Source: Patescibacteria group bacterium
GTDB taxonomy: Bacteria; Patescibacteriota; Patescibacteriia; UBA11705; JABHMO01
Assembly (NCBI GenBank): GCA_018818405.1
Contig: JAHIRY010000017.1
Coordinates: 7,563 to 71,562, forward strand
Reading direction: 5' to 3'
Length of the DNA stretch: 64,000 nt
Part shown: piece after piece, positions 48,902-58,540 of the stretch
How positions within the stretch are numbered: position 1 is the first letter of the stretch
How the letters are laid out: each line of letters starts with the position of its first letter
The notes under the pieces: generated by a model
What the model saw: the letters and a program-made list of their open reading frames with translations, nothing else
Databases searched by the model: none
What the model was told of the DNA's origin: nothing
Made by a program: the position numbers and the translations under genes

Positions 48902-49014
48902 ACCGCAAACGTTCGCCGCCGTCCGCGCAGCCTAGCTGTCGCGGGCGTTCTTTTTTTATTCAAAAATGCCGTACAAATTCGTCCGGCATTTTTGGGTATA
49001 AACTGAATTTTAAG

Positions 49015-50487
49015 TTATTCCTTTGGTTTCATCAACGGAAACAGCACAACATCGCGCAAATTTTCCTGTCCGGTTAAAATCGTTAAAGTGCGGTCAATTC
49101 CCATTCCCCAGCCGGAAATCGGCGGCATGCCGTATTTCATCGCTTCCACGAATTCATAATCAACTTCCATGGCTTCTTGATCGCCCGCTTTTTTCAATTT
49201 TGCCTGATCCTTGAAACGATTTTCCTGATCAATCGGATCCACCAGCTCGGAATACGCTTTTACCAATTCCCAGCCGTTTACCACCAGCTGAAATTGATCG
49301 ACAATGCGCGGATCTTCATCATTTCTTCTCGCCAACGGCTGAAGTTCGATCGGATAATTGTACAGAAATACCGGACCGGCAATTTTCGGACGGGAAACTT
49401 TTTTGTACAAATTGTCAATCAATGTCGCCAATCCCATTTTTTCCATGTCTTCAATTTTAATATTATTCTCTTTCAAATCAGCAATCAATTTTTTCGCGTC
49501 AGAATATTGCGAAACATCCAGACCGCAATCTTTTTTTATCAAATCAACAAAATTAATTCTCTGCCAAGGCGTGGTAAAATCCACTTCCCTCTTTTCTCCA
49601 TCCTTGCCCGTGACCGATATTTGTCTCGGCAATTTCAATGTATCAAACAAATGATCAAACATTTTTTCCGTAAAAGCCATGTTGTCCTCATAATTCCAAT
49701 AAGAACAATAATGTTCCAGATGCGTGTGCTCCGGCAAATGCGACGGATCAATTCCTTCGTTGCGAAAAGCTTTGCCGATTTCGAATATTTTTTCAAAACC
49801 GCCGACAATCAATTCTTTCAACGGCAATTCGTGGGAAATGCGAAGATAAACATCAATGTCATGCGCGTTGTTGTGCGTAATATACGGCCGAGCGTGAGCG
49901 CCGGTCGCTTTGTGCAAGAGAGTCGGTGTTTCCACTTCCTCAAAACCTTGCTGCCAATAAAATTCTCTGATAGCGCGAATAAAATTTCCGCGCAACTGAA
50001 ATCGTTCCATTGTTTCCCTATTGGAAATGAGATCAAGATAACGCTGGCGATACATTATTTCCGTGTCTTTCAATCCATGCCATTTTTCCGGCATCGGCTT
50101 CAAAGCTTTTCCCAGAAATGTCCATTGATTGACCAGAATGGTTTTCTCTCCTTTGTGCGTGACGAAAATTTCTCCTTCAATTCCCAAGAAATCGCCGAGA
50201 TCTATTATCTTTTGCAATAATTTATAATTCTCCCCGCCCAATACATCCGATTTAAAAGCCACTTGCATTCTGCCGGTATTGTCCTGCAAATGCCCAAACG
50301 CCAATTTTCCCATGTCGCGAAACATCATCAGCCGTCCGGCGGTCTTTGTTTTCTCTCCTTCAGGCAATTCAAAAGCTTCGGCCAATGTCATTTTCTTGTC
50401 AAACTTTTCAGGATAAATTTCAATTCCGGCTTCTTCGGCCATTTTTAATTTTTGCAGACGAATTTGTTCTTCTTTTTGCTCAGGCAT
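49015..50487 (-). CDS. lysS: Lysyl-tRNA synthetase (class II)
   Basis: N-terminal OB anticodon-binding domain, class II motifs (FRNEGID..HLPEHT, GMGIDR). Track ORF extends to 50559. Confidence 0.9.
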   Translation of the reverse strand: MPEQKEEQIRLQKLKMAEEAGIEIYPEKFDKKMTLAEAFELPEGEKTKTAGRLMMFRDMGKLAFGHLQDNTGRMQVAFKSDVLGGENYKLLQKIIDLGDFLGIEGEIFVTHKGEKTILVNQWTFLGKALKPMPEKWHGLKDTEIMYRQRYLDLISNRETMERFQLRGNFIRAIREFYWQQGFEEVETPTLLHKATGAHARPYITHNNAHDIDVYLRISHELPLKELIVGGFEKIFEIGKAFRNEGIDPSHLPEHTHLEHYCSYWNYEDNMAFTEKMFDHLFDTLKLPRQISVTGKDGEKREVDFTTPWQRINFVDLIKKDCGLDVSQYSDAKKLIADLKENNIKIEDMEKMGLATLIDNLYKKVSRPKIAGPVFLYNYPIELQPLARRNDEDPRIVDQFQLVVNGWELVKAYSELVDPIDQENRFKDQAKLKKAGDQEAMEVDYEFVEAMKYGMPPISGWGMGIDRTLTILTGQENLRDVVLFPLMKPKE

Positions 50488-50607
50488 ACTATTTTTCAAA
50501 AAATTAAAGGTAATGCGATATCTAACTTCAATATTACCTAAAATGCGCAAAAAATGCAAAAAATAAAAACACGAGAAAATTCAAGTGTTTTTATTTTGTA
50601 ATTTGAT

Positions 50608-51072
50608 TTATTTTATTTCCAACACTTTGTAAACAATGGCTCCGCGCGGAGCGTCCACTTCCACCGTGTCGCCCGGCTTTTTGTTCATAAATGCTTGCCC
50701 CATTGGAGATTCATTGGAAATCCTGCCGGCACCCGGATCAGCCTCGCTAAAACCGACAAGCGAAAATTCTCTTGCATTTCCAGTCACATCCTCCACAACA
50801 AAAGTGGTACCGATTCTGATTTCTTCTTTTGAAGTGCTGGAATCAACCACCAAACCTTTTTTCAAAACATCTTCAATCTCCGCTATTCGACCGGCAACCA
50901 ATCCTTGTTGTTCTTTGGCGGAATGATATTCAGCGTTTTCAGACAGATCGCCCAATTCTTTTGCTTGTTCAATCTTTTCAATAATATCCGGCATGCGCAC
51001 CTCCTTTAATTCTTTTACCTCTTTTTCCAATTTTTCTTTTCCTTCAATGGTAAGGAGAATTTGATTTGTCAT
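50608..51072 (-). CDS. greA: Transcription elongation factor GreA
   Basis: N-terminal coiled coil plus C-terminal FKBP-like domain. Conserved acidic tip GDLSENAEY. Confidence 0.9.
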   Translation of the reverse strand: MTNQILLTIEGKEKLEKEVKELKEVRMPDIIEKIEQAKELGDLSENAEYHSAKEQQGLVAGRIAEIEDVLKKGLVVDSSTSKEEIRIGTTFVVEDVTGNAREFSLVGFSEADPGAGRISNESPMGQAFMNKKPGDTVEVDAPRGAIVYKVLEIK

Positions 51073-51195
51073 AATATAAATTTAACATTATATATCCAGG
51101 ACTTGTCATCCTAGTAAAATATTATTTAATTTTCAGCTCTTCCTAAATAAGTATAGAACATTTCCCTCGAAACAGCAATAACCATTGAAAATATC

Positions 51196-53232
51196 TCAAT
51201 TAAGTTCCTCTTTTCTATATTGCCGGAAATACCAATCCAAAAATTCATATGCAATCGGAGCGGAAACAGCGCTTCCTTCTCCGGCTTCTTCCACCAGAAT
51301 GGTTATGACAAGTTCCGCGTTTTCATACGGAGCGAACGCGGTAAACCAAGCGTGCGGAGTTTTTCCTTCTTGCCATTGCGCTGTTCCGGTTTTCGCCGCT
51401 GATGTCACTGGAAGAGAATTCAATATTACAGCGCTCCCGCGAGTGACAGCCTGTCGCATTCCTTGCCTGATCACTTCAATAATATAATCGTCTACGATTT
51501 CCGACTGTAAAACCTCCGGATTAACTTTTACCGGCCGTTGCAATTCCTGATTGAAAATACTCTCCACGATTTGCGGTTTAAATAATGTTCCTTTGTTGGC
51601 AAATACGGATGTGAAATTCGCCACTTGCAAAGGAACAACCAACAAATCACCTTGACCGATAGCCGCATGATAAGTGTCGCCGATATACCATTGTTCATCC
51701 TTATATTCTTTTTTCCATTCGGGCGTCGGCAGAAATCCGCTTTGTTCATTCGGCAAATTTATCCCGGTCGGTTTGTTCAATCCGAACTTTTCCGAGTATT
51801 CTTTTATTTTCAACATGCCCAATCCCTTTGTCTCGCCATAACCGCCGCCGACAATGTAGAAAAAAGTGTTTACCGATTCAGCCAGCGCTTTTCTGATATC
51901 AGTGTAGCCGTGTCCGCCCGCTTTCCAATCAGGATAAAACCATTCGCCGATTCTGATTCCTCCGATACTCAAAAACGAAGTTCGTTCAGTAATGATTTTC
52001 TCCGCCAAGGCGGCAGCGCCGATCACCGGTTTTATTGTCGAACCTGACGGATATTCTCCGCTGATCACGCGATTGAACAACGGATTGGCATCATCTTGCA
52101 ACAATTTTTTATAATCTTCATCGGAAATTCCTTTGGCAAAAAGATTATTATCATATCCGGGCAAACTGATGAGCGACAACACTTGTCCGTTTTGCGGATT
52201 CATCACGATTGCCGATGCTTTGCGCAAATTCATTTTTGCCAAACGATTCTGCAATATTGACTCCAGTTTTGCCTGCATTTCCAGATCAATGCTCAGATTG
52301 ACGCTATCGCCTTTTCTCACTTCTTCCTGCGCCAAAATTTTCACCGCTTTTCCGGTGGAATCAACTTCAATTTGCTCTTTTCCGTATTTTCCCCGCATCT
52401 GGCTTTCGTACATTTCCTCAATGCCGGTTTTGCCGAGATCATCATTGAACAAATAGCCGTTCTTTGACAAATTCTTGTATTCCGCCGGACTGATTCGTCC
52501 TTCATAGCCGAGAATATGCCCCAGCGCGGTTGCCGGCTGATTTTTCCAAGTTGTCGCATATTCTCTTTTCGCAATAACCTCGACGGAAATTCCGGGATAA
52601 TTCACGCTCTCGATTCTCATGGCAGCGGCTTTTTCAAAACTCAAATCAGTCACCACCAGAACCGGTTCAAAATATTCTTTTTCACTGGGTTTTATTTTTT
52701 CGATTTTTTCACTTATTCCCGCGAATTCTTCCGGCGCCAAATTCGACTCAAACCATTGCATTGATTTTTCCTTTTCCTCGGCATTGGAATTGAAATCAAA
52801 CGGAACCACAAACAAAGCAAAACTCGGAACATTTTTCACCAGAGGGATTCCATTTCTGTCATAAATGATTCCGCGCGGGGACGGCAAATTTAAAACCCTT
52901 ATTCTGTTTTTTTCCGCGACCGCCAGATAATAATCGCCTTTTACCACCTGCAAATAAAATCCACGGAAAAACAATATTAAAATCGCGAACAATATGACAA
53001 GAAAAAAAGAAATCAAACGACGTTTGCTGATTCCCAATCCCAAATAATTTTTATTCGTGCTGTTCAACTCTTCCTCCGAATAATTCAAATAAGTGTCTTC
53101 CAGCCATTCCAGCCGCAACCGCTCCTTCAAATCTCGGTCATCCAGAGACAATCGGCTGCCCCAAAAAATATTCTCGCTTTCATCCGCCATGTTTTTTTTT
53201 CGAAAAAATTTTTCTTTTATTCCGGGAAACAT
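51196..53232 (-). CDS. mrdA: Penicillin-binding protein 2 (peptidoglycan D,D-transpeptidase), adjacent to mreBCD
   Basis: N-terminal TM, dimerisation domain, transpeptidase motifs SGSTIKP, SxN-like, KTGTA. Confidence 0.85.
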   Translation of the reverse strand: MFPGIKEKFFRKKNMADESENIFWGSRLSLDDRDLKERLRLEWLEDTYLNYSEEELNSTNKNYLGLGISKRRLISFFLVILFAILILFFRGFYLQVVKGDYYLAVAEKNRIRVLNLPSPRGIIYDRNGIPLVKNVPSFALFVVPFDFNSNAEEKEKSMQWFESNLAPEEFAGISEKIEKIKPSEKEYFEPVLVVTDLSFEKAAAMRIESVNYPGISVEVIAKREYATTWKNQPATALGHILGYEGRISPAEYKNLSKNGYLFNDDLGKTGIEEMYESQMRGKYGKEQIEVDSTGKAVKILAQEEVRKGDSVNLSIDLEMQAKLESILQNRLAKMNLRKASAIVMNPQNGQVLSLISLPGYDNNLFAKGISDEDYKKLLQDDANPLFNRVISGEYPSGSTIKPVIGAAALAEKIITERTSFLSIGGIRIGEWFYPDWKAGGHGYTDIRKALAESVNTFFYIVGGGYGETKGLGMLKIKEYSEKFGLNKPTGINLPNEQSGFLPTPEWKKEYKDEQWYIGDTYHAAIGQGDLLVVPLQVANFTSVFANKGTLFKPQIVESIFNQELQRPVKVNPEVLQSEIVDDYIIEVIRQGMRQAVTRGSAVILNSLPVTSAAKTGTAQWQEGKTPHAWFTAFAPYENAELVITILVEEAGEGSAVSAPIAYEFLDWYFRQYRKEELN

Positions 53233-53243
53233 AGAGGAATTAA

Positions 53244-53786
53244 TTATGTTTTTATCGTGTCAACGAAAACAGCATTGAACCTTCGGCTGGAAAAATTAAA
53301 AACCAAAAATAAAACTGAAATTGCCGTGAGATTGATCGCAATTTGCCACAACAAATCATTGGAAGAAAAAATCGCCGTCTGCTTTATCAAAGCCAAATCC
53401 CGAGTTGCGTTAAAAATTCTGACTGACGAATAAACAAAGCATAGCAAATGATAAACAATCGTTGAAATCAGCGCCAAACCGAGCAAAGTATAAAATGATT
53501 TATTGGTAAGCAAATGTTCGAAAACTTTGTACGCCACATACAGCGTCGCCATGAGAGCAACCACAATCGCGGCAAAAGGCAATGGCGAATACAAATCCAA
53601 AACAAATCCCCAGACCATTCCGTAAATTCCCGCCAAATAAAACCGATAAACCGTGGCAATGAAAATCAATGACACCAATATCACATTGAACTTTGCCAAT
53701 GCTCCCGGTAAATTCGGGATCAGCGCTACCTGAATAGCCAGCAATCCGAAAATTATGAAAAAATGCTTAATCGCTTTAATCAACAT
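53244..53786 (-). CDS. mreD: Rod shape-determining protein MreD (polytopic membrane)
   Basis: 180 aa, 5-6 TM helices, positioned between mreC and mrdA. Confidence 0.5.
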   Translation of the reverse strand: MLIKAIKHFFIIFGLLAIQVALIPNLPGALAKFNVILVSLIFIATVYRFYLAGIYGMVWGFVLDLYSPLPFAAIVVALMATLYVAYKVFEHLLTNKSFYTLLGLALISTIVYHLLCFVYSSVRIFNATRDLALIKQTAIFSSNDLLWQIAINLTAISVLFLVFNFSSRRFNAVFVDTIKT

Positions 53787-54591
53787 TTTTTTTCTTTACA
53801 ATGTTTACAAAAGTTATCTTGTCAAATTCAATAAATGATTTTATTGACGCTTCCTGAAAAAGCTCTTCCGGTTCATTCGTTATTCTTTCGACTTGTCCTA
53901 TAATCAATTCAGCTGGCGTATATTTTTCCAGTCCTGATGTCACCACAATGTCTCCTTCGATTATTTTCTCCGTTTTCGGGATCAGCTTCATTTTTATTCC
54001 CAAACCATATTCCCCTTCTACAATTCCACCGGTAGCTGTTTGGTTCTGAATTTTCGCCGCCACTTTTGACAGATCATCATTGATCAGCAGAACAATAGAA
54101 CTGTTGGCGCGCACTTTTACGATTTTCCCGATCAGAACTCCCTTGTCGGTTATTACCGGCTGAGTCAATTTCACTCCGTGTTTTTCTCCCTTGTCCACGA
54201 TGATCGCGTTTTGCGTATTGTCAATGTTTTTTCCGATAACATTCGCCAGCTGATAATCGCAATCATTTTCTTCGAGGAAATTCAATTGCTTGCGCAAAAA
54301 TTCATTTTCTTCCTTTTCCGTACTGCAGACGCTTTTTTCTCGGCTCAGATCGATTATATTGTCGCGCAATTCCTGATTTTCCTTGAGCAGCTTTTGCCGG
54401 GAATCATAATTCAAATACACTGATCCCAGCTCATTTGAAATGCGATATATGCTTATAAATATCGATTTTGACGCTCCGGTGACAATATTTTCCAGCGGAC
54501 TCAGCACTTTGATTACATGCAAAAAAATCAAAAGACAAATAACAATTAAGGCAATCAAAATCAATTTTGATGACTTGTTGGACAATAACAT
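53776..54591 (-). CDS. mreC: Rod shape-determining protein MreC
   Basis: N-terminal TM, coiled coil, C-terminal beta domains (GDIVVTSGLEKYTPAELIIGQV). Confidence 0.8.
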   Translation of the reverse strand: MLLSNKSSKLILIALIVICLLIFLHVIKVLSPLENIVTGASKSIFISIYRISNELGSVYLNYDSRQKLLKENQELRDNIIDLSREKSVCSTEKEENEFLRKQLNFLEENDCDYQLANVIGKNIDNTQNAIIVDKGEKHGVKLTQPVITDKGVLIGKIVKVRANSSIVLLINDDLSKVAAKIQNQTATGGIVEGEYGLGIKMKLIPKTEKIIEGDIVVTSGLEKYTPAELIIGQVERITNEPEELFQEASIKSFIEFDKITFVNIVKKKNVD

Positions 54592-54636
54592 AAATTTATT
54601 TTACTCTGCGAGCAATTTTAAATCGCCGATTTCTAA

Positions 54637-55692
54637 TTATCGCACGACTTTTTCTTCATTGGCGGACGGCAATAAAATTTCTTTCAACAATTTCGTGTCA
54701 TCGAGAAGAAAATTAATTCCTCGAATGGTGCAAGTGGTCGGATCATCGGCGATTCTCACCGGAATTTCCGTATTTTTTGAAATTATTTTTCCTATTCCTT
54801 TCAGCATTGCGCCTCCGCCGCACAGAACAATTCCTTTTTCATATATATCAGCCACCAATTCGGGCGGAGTTATTTCCAAAACGCTTTTTATAGCGTCAAT
54901 GATTGAGTTTATTGAAGAACCAAGCGCTTCCCGCACCTCCTCGTCCTTGATCATGATGGCGCGCGGCAAACCCGTAATCAAATCGCGTCCGCGCATTTCC
55001 ACGGTTATCGCTTCTTCAACTTCCCCGTCGGTTCCGACTTTTATTTTTATTTCTTCGGCGATTCTTTCTCCGATCATCAGATTGAATCTATCTCGCGCGA
55101 ATTGCATTATATTTTTATTCAAATCTTCTCCGGCGATCTTCAATGTTTTGAATGTGACGATTCCTTTCAATGAAATAATCGCAATTTCGGTTTTTCCTCC
55201 GCCAAGATTGACAATCATACTGCCTGACGCGTCCTCCACGGGCAGACGCGCGCCAATGGCGGCTGCCATGATTTCTTCCACCAAATAAACCTTGCCCGCG
55301 CCAGCGCCCAGAGCCGCGTCTTCCACCGCTTTTTTCTCCACTTCAGTCACATCCAATGGAATGCCGATAATCACGCTCGGTCGAGCGGTAAAATTGAAAT
55401 TTTCCTGAAATATTTTGTCAAAAAAATACTTTAACATTTTTTCCGTCACTTCAAAATCGGAAATCACGCCTTTTAACAATGGAAAAGCGATTGTAATATA
55501 GCGCGGATTTTTCCCCACCATTTTCTTCGCGTCTTCGCCCACGGCGATTATCTGATCCATTCGATTGTTGATCGCCACAATTGAAGGCTCGCGAATTATT
55601 ATTCCCTTGTCCTGCAAACACATCACCGTATTTGACGTGCCCAGATCAATGCCGATCTTCTTTGAAAATCTATTTAAAAATTGTCGCAACAT
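54637..55692 (-). CDS. mreB: Rod shape-determining protein MreB (actin homolog)
   Basis: IGIDLGTSNTVMCLQDKGIIIREPSIVAI..., NLGGGKTEIAIISL and GIVLCGGGA are canonical MreB. Confidence 0.95.
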   Translation of the reverse strand: MLRQFLNRFSKKIGIDLGTSNTVMCLQDKGIIIREPSIVAINNRMDQIIAVGEDAKKMVGKNPRYITIAFPLLKGVISDFEVTEKMLKYFFDKIFQENFNFTARPSVIIGIPLDVTEVEKKAVEDAALGAGAGKVYLVEEIMAAAIGARLPVEDASGSMIVNLGGGKTEIAIISLKGIVTFKTLKIAGEDLNKNIMQFARDRFNLMIGERIAEEIKIKVGTDGEVEEAITVEMRGRDLITGLPRAIMIKDEEVREALGSSINSIIDAIKSVLEITPPELVADIYEKGIVLCGGGAMLKGIGKIISKNTEIPVRIADDPTTCTIRGINFLLDDTKLLKEILLPSANEEKVVR

Positions 55693-55776
55693 AATATTAG
55701 AAAATATAAACCGATTTCAAATAAACAAAAACTACAAATTCAAATTAAGCAACCGCTTTGTAGTTTTGTTTTTATT

Positions 55777-57021
55777 TTATTCTTTGATTGTTTCCAACAA
55801 CTTGTCCAATTCCACCAGCTCTGCATTTTCTTCAGCTCTCATTTTTATTTCAGCGCTATTTTTTTCCAATGTTCTATTGCTGATCACGATTCTCATCGGA
55901 ATGCCCAGCAAATCGCTGTCTCCCAGTTTTATTCCGGCTGATTCCTCTCTGTCGTCATATAAAACTTCCATTCCGGCGGAAACCAATTTGTCGTAAAGCT
56001 GATCAGCGGATGAAAATACTTTTTCATCGTTTCCCAGCGCAACCAGATGAACCGCGAACGGCGCGACTTCTTTCGGCCAGATAATTCCCTTGTCATCATG
56101 ACTTACTTCAACGATCGTTCCCATGATTCTCGAGGGTCCAAGTCCGTAACAGCCCATTATCATGGGTTTTCGTTCGCCGTTCTTGTCAGTGAAACAAGCA
56201 TTCATGGCGCCGGAATATTTTGTTTCCAAAGGAAAAATATTTCCCACTTCAATTCCTTTTGATTCAAAAACTTCTCCTCCGCATTTCGGACATTTATCAC
56301 CGACATTCTCTTCGCAAATTTCAATGTTTTGCGCGAAATCGCACTCACGGCAATAATGGATCGTATCTTCTCCGGTTTCGCAGAAAACTTGGAATTCATG
56401 TGAAAACTTTTCAGTGAAAATACCGCCCGAAGCTTCGACAATTTTCGCATCGAGCCCGCAACGTTTGAAAAGTTGCAAATAAGAAAGTTTAACTTCATCG
56501 TAATATTTTTCAAAATCAGATTCAGTCGTATGAAAACTGTACATGTCTTTCATCCAAAACTCGCGGCCTCGGAGCAATCCTGATTTTGCGCGCGGTTCAT
56601 TGCGAAATTTGTCCTGAATTTGATAAAGCGAAACCGGCAATTCTTTGTAAGAAAAAATTCTTTTGCGCACCAAGTCGGTAATCACTTCTTCGTGCGTACA
56701 GCCGAGTCCGATATCCGAATCGCCTCTTCCCTTGAATTGAAACATCACATCTTTCATTCCTTCCCAGCGTCCGGTCTCATCCCAAAGTTCTTTCGGCTGA
56801 AGAGTCGGCATCAAAACCTCCATTGCGCCGGTGGCGTTCATTTCTTCTCTCACAATATTTTTTATTTTATCCAAAACGCGCAAACCGAGCGGAAGATAAC
56901 TGTAAACGCCGGACATTAATTTTTCAACAAATCCGCCGCGATTCAACAGTCTGGCATTGAGACTTATTTCATCTTTTGCCGCTTCTTTTATTGTTTTTCC
57001 GAACAACTTTGATTGTCGCAT
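55777..57021 (-). CDS. proS: Prolyl-tRNA synthetase, short form with a Cys4 zinc-ribbon insert in place of an editing domain
   Basis: N-terminus RLLNRGGFVEKLMSGVYSYLPLGLRVLDKIKNIVREEMNATGAMEVLMPTLQPKELWDETGRW is canonical ProRS. CRECDFAQ...CPKCGG insert. Track ORF 55777..57042. Confidence 0.85.
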   Translation of the reverse strand: MRQSKLFGKTIKEAAKDEISLNARLLNRGGFVEKLMSGVYSYLPLGLRVLDKIKNIVREEMNATGAMEVLMPTLQPKELWDETGRWEGMKDVMFQFKGRGDSDIGLGCTHEEVITDLVRKRIFSYKELPVSLYQIQDKFRNEPRAKSGLLRGREFWMKDMYSFHTTESDFEKYYDEVKLSYLQLFKRCGLDAKIVEASGGIFTEKFSHEFQVFCETGEDTIHYCRECDFAQNIEICEENVGDKCPKCGGEVFESKGIEVGNIFPLETKYSGAMNACFTDKNGERKPMIMGCYGLGPSRIMGTIVEVSHDDKGIIWPKEVAPFAVHLVALGNDEKVFSSADQLYDKLVSAGMEVLYDDREESAGIKLGDSDLLGIPMRIVISNRTLEKNSAEIKMRAEENAELVELDKLLETIKE

Positions 57022-57048
57022 AAATTTTATCTTAAATTTCAAACTGAA

Positions 57049-57432
57049 CTATTTATTTAATTTTCGATAGGAAATAAAAAACAATTCCACGAACGCCGCA
57101 ATGACAATCAGAATCACCAAATTCCACCAGGTCAGCAAACGTTGACTTTGCAAAAAAAATGCAACCAGAATCAAAACAGCGAAAAGAATGGATTGGCGCG
57201 AAGCTATCTTCATGTGCTTGTGCGCCATTTCCTCCTTTGAAAATCGCCAACGCATCAATAATCCGAAAACGGAAAATGTGCCGACCAGCGCAAATCCGAG
57301 GCTGAGATAAAAAAACAGAAAAGCCAAAATTCCGGCTTGAGCCGGGTTTATCATAATAAGAACCGCCAGCCAAGCCAGCCAGCAGACCAATGTACAGCCC
57401 GCTAAAATTAATAAAAATCGATTAACGCTCAT
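57049..57432 (-). CDS. Hypothetical small membrane protein
   Basis: Four predicted TM helices in 127 aa. Confidence 0.4.
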   Translation of the reverse strand: MSVNRFLLILAGCTLVCWLAWLAVLIMINPAQAGILAFLFFYLSLGFALVGTFSVFGLLMRWRFSKEEMAHKHMKIASRQSILFAVLILVAFFLQSQRLLTWWNLVILIVIAAFVELFFISYRKLNK

Positions 57433-57484
57433 GTTTTATCTGTAAACAACGCGCGCAAACGGCTGTCGCGCTAATACCAGTTTA

Positions 57485-57805
57485 TCACCAATCAAGTTGC
57501 TTTTCAACTCCCTTTTGCACGATTTTCAACTTCTCAATGGTATTGCTCCCGAATTTCTCATTTACCAGCCTGATCAGGCTTCTTTCCTTGAAATTCAGCT
57601 CCTGGGCGATAATGGAATTGGCGCAATACAATGTTAAAACGCCATTTTTCAAAGATTGCGCTTTTGCCTGTGTGCTGACCTTATTTCCCCAAATTTCCTT
57701 CAATTTCTCATTGGCGAATTCCACCACCAAACTGGCCTGCACGCGAGCCATTATAGAACCTTTCTTATTAAATTTACCGCTTAACAATTTTCCCAAAGAA
57801 TCCAT
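57485..57805 (-). CDS. DUF721 / DciA-family protein
   Basis: ...AKAQSLKNGVLTLYCANSIIAQELNFKERSLIRLVNEKFG... matches the DUF721 conserved block (..l.nGvL.v.v.ss.wa.EL.f.k..ii.klNe..G). Confidence 0.6.
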   Translation of the reverse strand: MDSLGKLLSGKFNKKGSIMARVQASLVVEFANEKLKEIWGNKVSTQAKAQSLKNGVLTLYCANSIIAQELNFKERSLIRLVNEKFGSNTIEKLKIVQKGVEKQLDW

Positions 57806-57818
57806 ATAGTCATTAACT

Positions 57819-57950
57819 GGTTGCTACCACCGCAGCGTGCGGGGCAGGCGAATTATAATTACGCAATTAAAAATTTATATTTTGTTACATGCTACATGTT
57901 ATGTGCTACATGATTAGTGCTCCTTGCTAAGTGTTCCTTGCTCCCTGCGG
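57819..57950. repeat. Intergenic repeat family, copy B
   Basis: GGTTGCTACCACCGCAGCGTGCGGGG, AATTATAATTACGCAATTAA, TGTTACATGCTACATGTTATGTGCTACATG, TGCTCCTTGCTAAGTGTTCCTTGCTCCCTG. Shared with copies at 36330 and 58541. Confidence 0.7.
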
Positions 57951-57975
57951 ATTACTACACACGATAATTCATTAC

Positions 57976-58002
57976 TTGACAAAACATGATAATTGCTATA
58001 AT
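57976..58002 (+). promoter_or_regulatory. Sigma70-type promoter with extended -10 (TTGACA-15-TGcTATAAT) driving the Cys-rich gene
   Basis: acTTGACAaaacatgataatTGcTATAATatt. Strong SD AAGGAGAG 6 nt before ATG at 58039. Confidence 0.55.
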
Positions 58003-58038
58003 ATTTTCTTTCGGTTCCCCCTAACAAAGGAGAGCATC

Positions 58039-58470
58039 ATGTGCAAGAATTGCGGACATGAAACAAAACAAGGAGAATGGAAATTCAGACATTTCAAGGA
58101 CTCAGAGCATAACTGCAACGATCTCTGGAATCAAGCAATGTTTTTTGTCAGGGACAAAAAATTGGCATTTGATGAATTCAAAATTGCAGTAAATTCAATT
58201 CCCCGTTCGACGACATATTGCGGCGGTCATACCTCCAACTATGTGGAAAACTGTGTAACGGTTGTTTATCTGGATCGAGATTCGGATCAGCTAGTTGCCA
58301 AGTCTGACTGTGAATGCGGCAAACAAATCGACATGGAACCTGCAGATTCGCTTGTTGCGGAAAATCTCGCTCCGACTCGAGAATGTGCCGATAATCTCGA
58401 TAGTGAACCAGTGCCGCTGCATCGGCTTCTCGACAAGTTGGATCGCACAACCCCAAAGAATAGCGTATAA
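58039..58470 (+). CDS. Hypothetical Cys-rich protein (143 aa) flanked by direct copies of the intergenic repeat
   Basis: MCKNCGHETKQGEWKFRHFKDSEHNCNDLW...CGGHTSNYVENC...CECG...: about 10 Cys, N-terminal CxxC. Track ORF 57931..58470 begins inside the repeat; the ATG with SD is preferred. Confidence 0.5.
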   Translation: MCKNCGHETKQGEWKFRHFKDSEHNCNDLWNQAMFFVRDKKLAFDEFKIAVNSIPRSTTYCGGHTSNYVENCVTVVYLDRDSDQLVAKSDCECGKQIDMEPADSLVAENLAPTRECADNLDSEPVPLHRLLDKLDRTTPKNSV

Positions 58471-58540
58471 AAACGCGACTATCTTCAATTATCCGCTTTG
58501 CCCCATGTGGCGAGCGGTCTTTTTTCATTACGAATCTATA

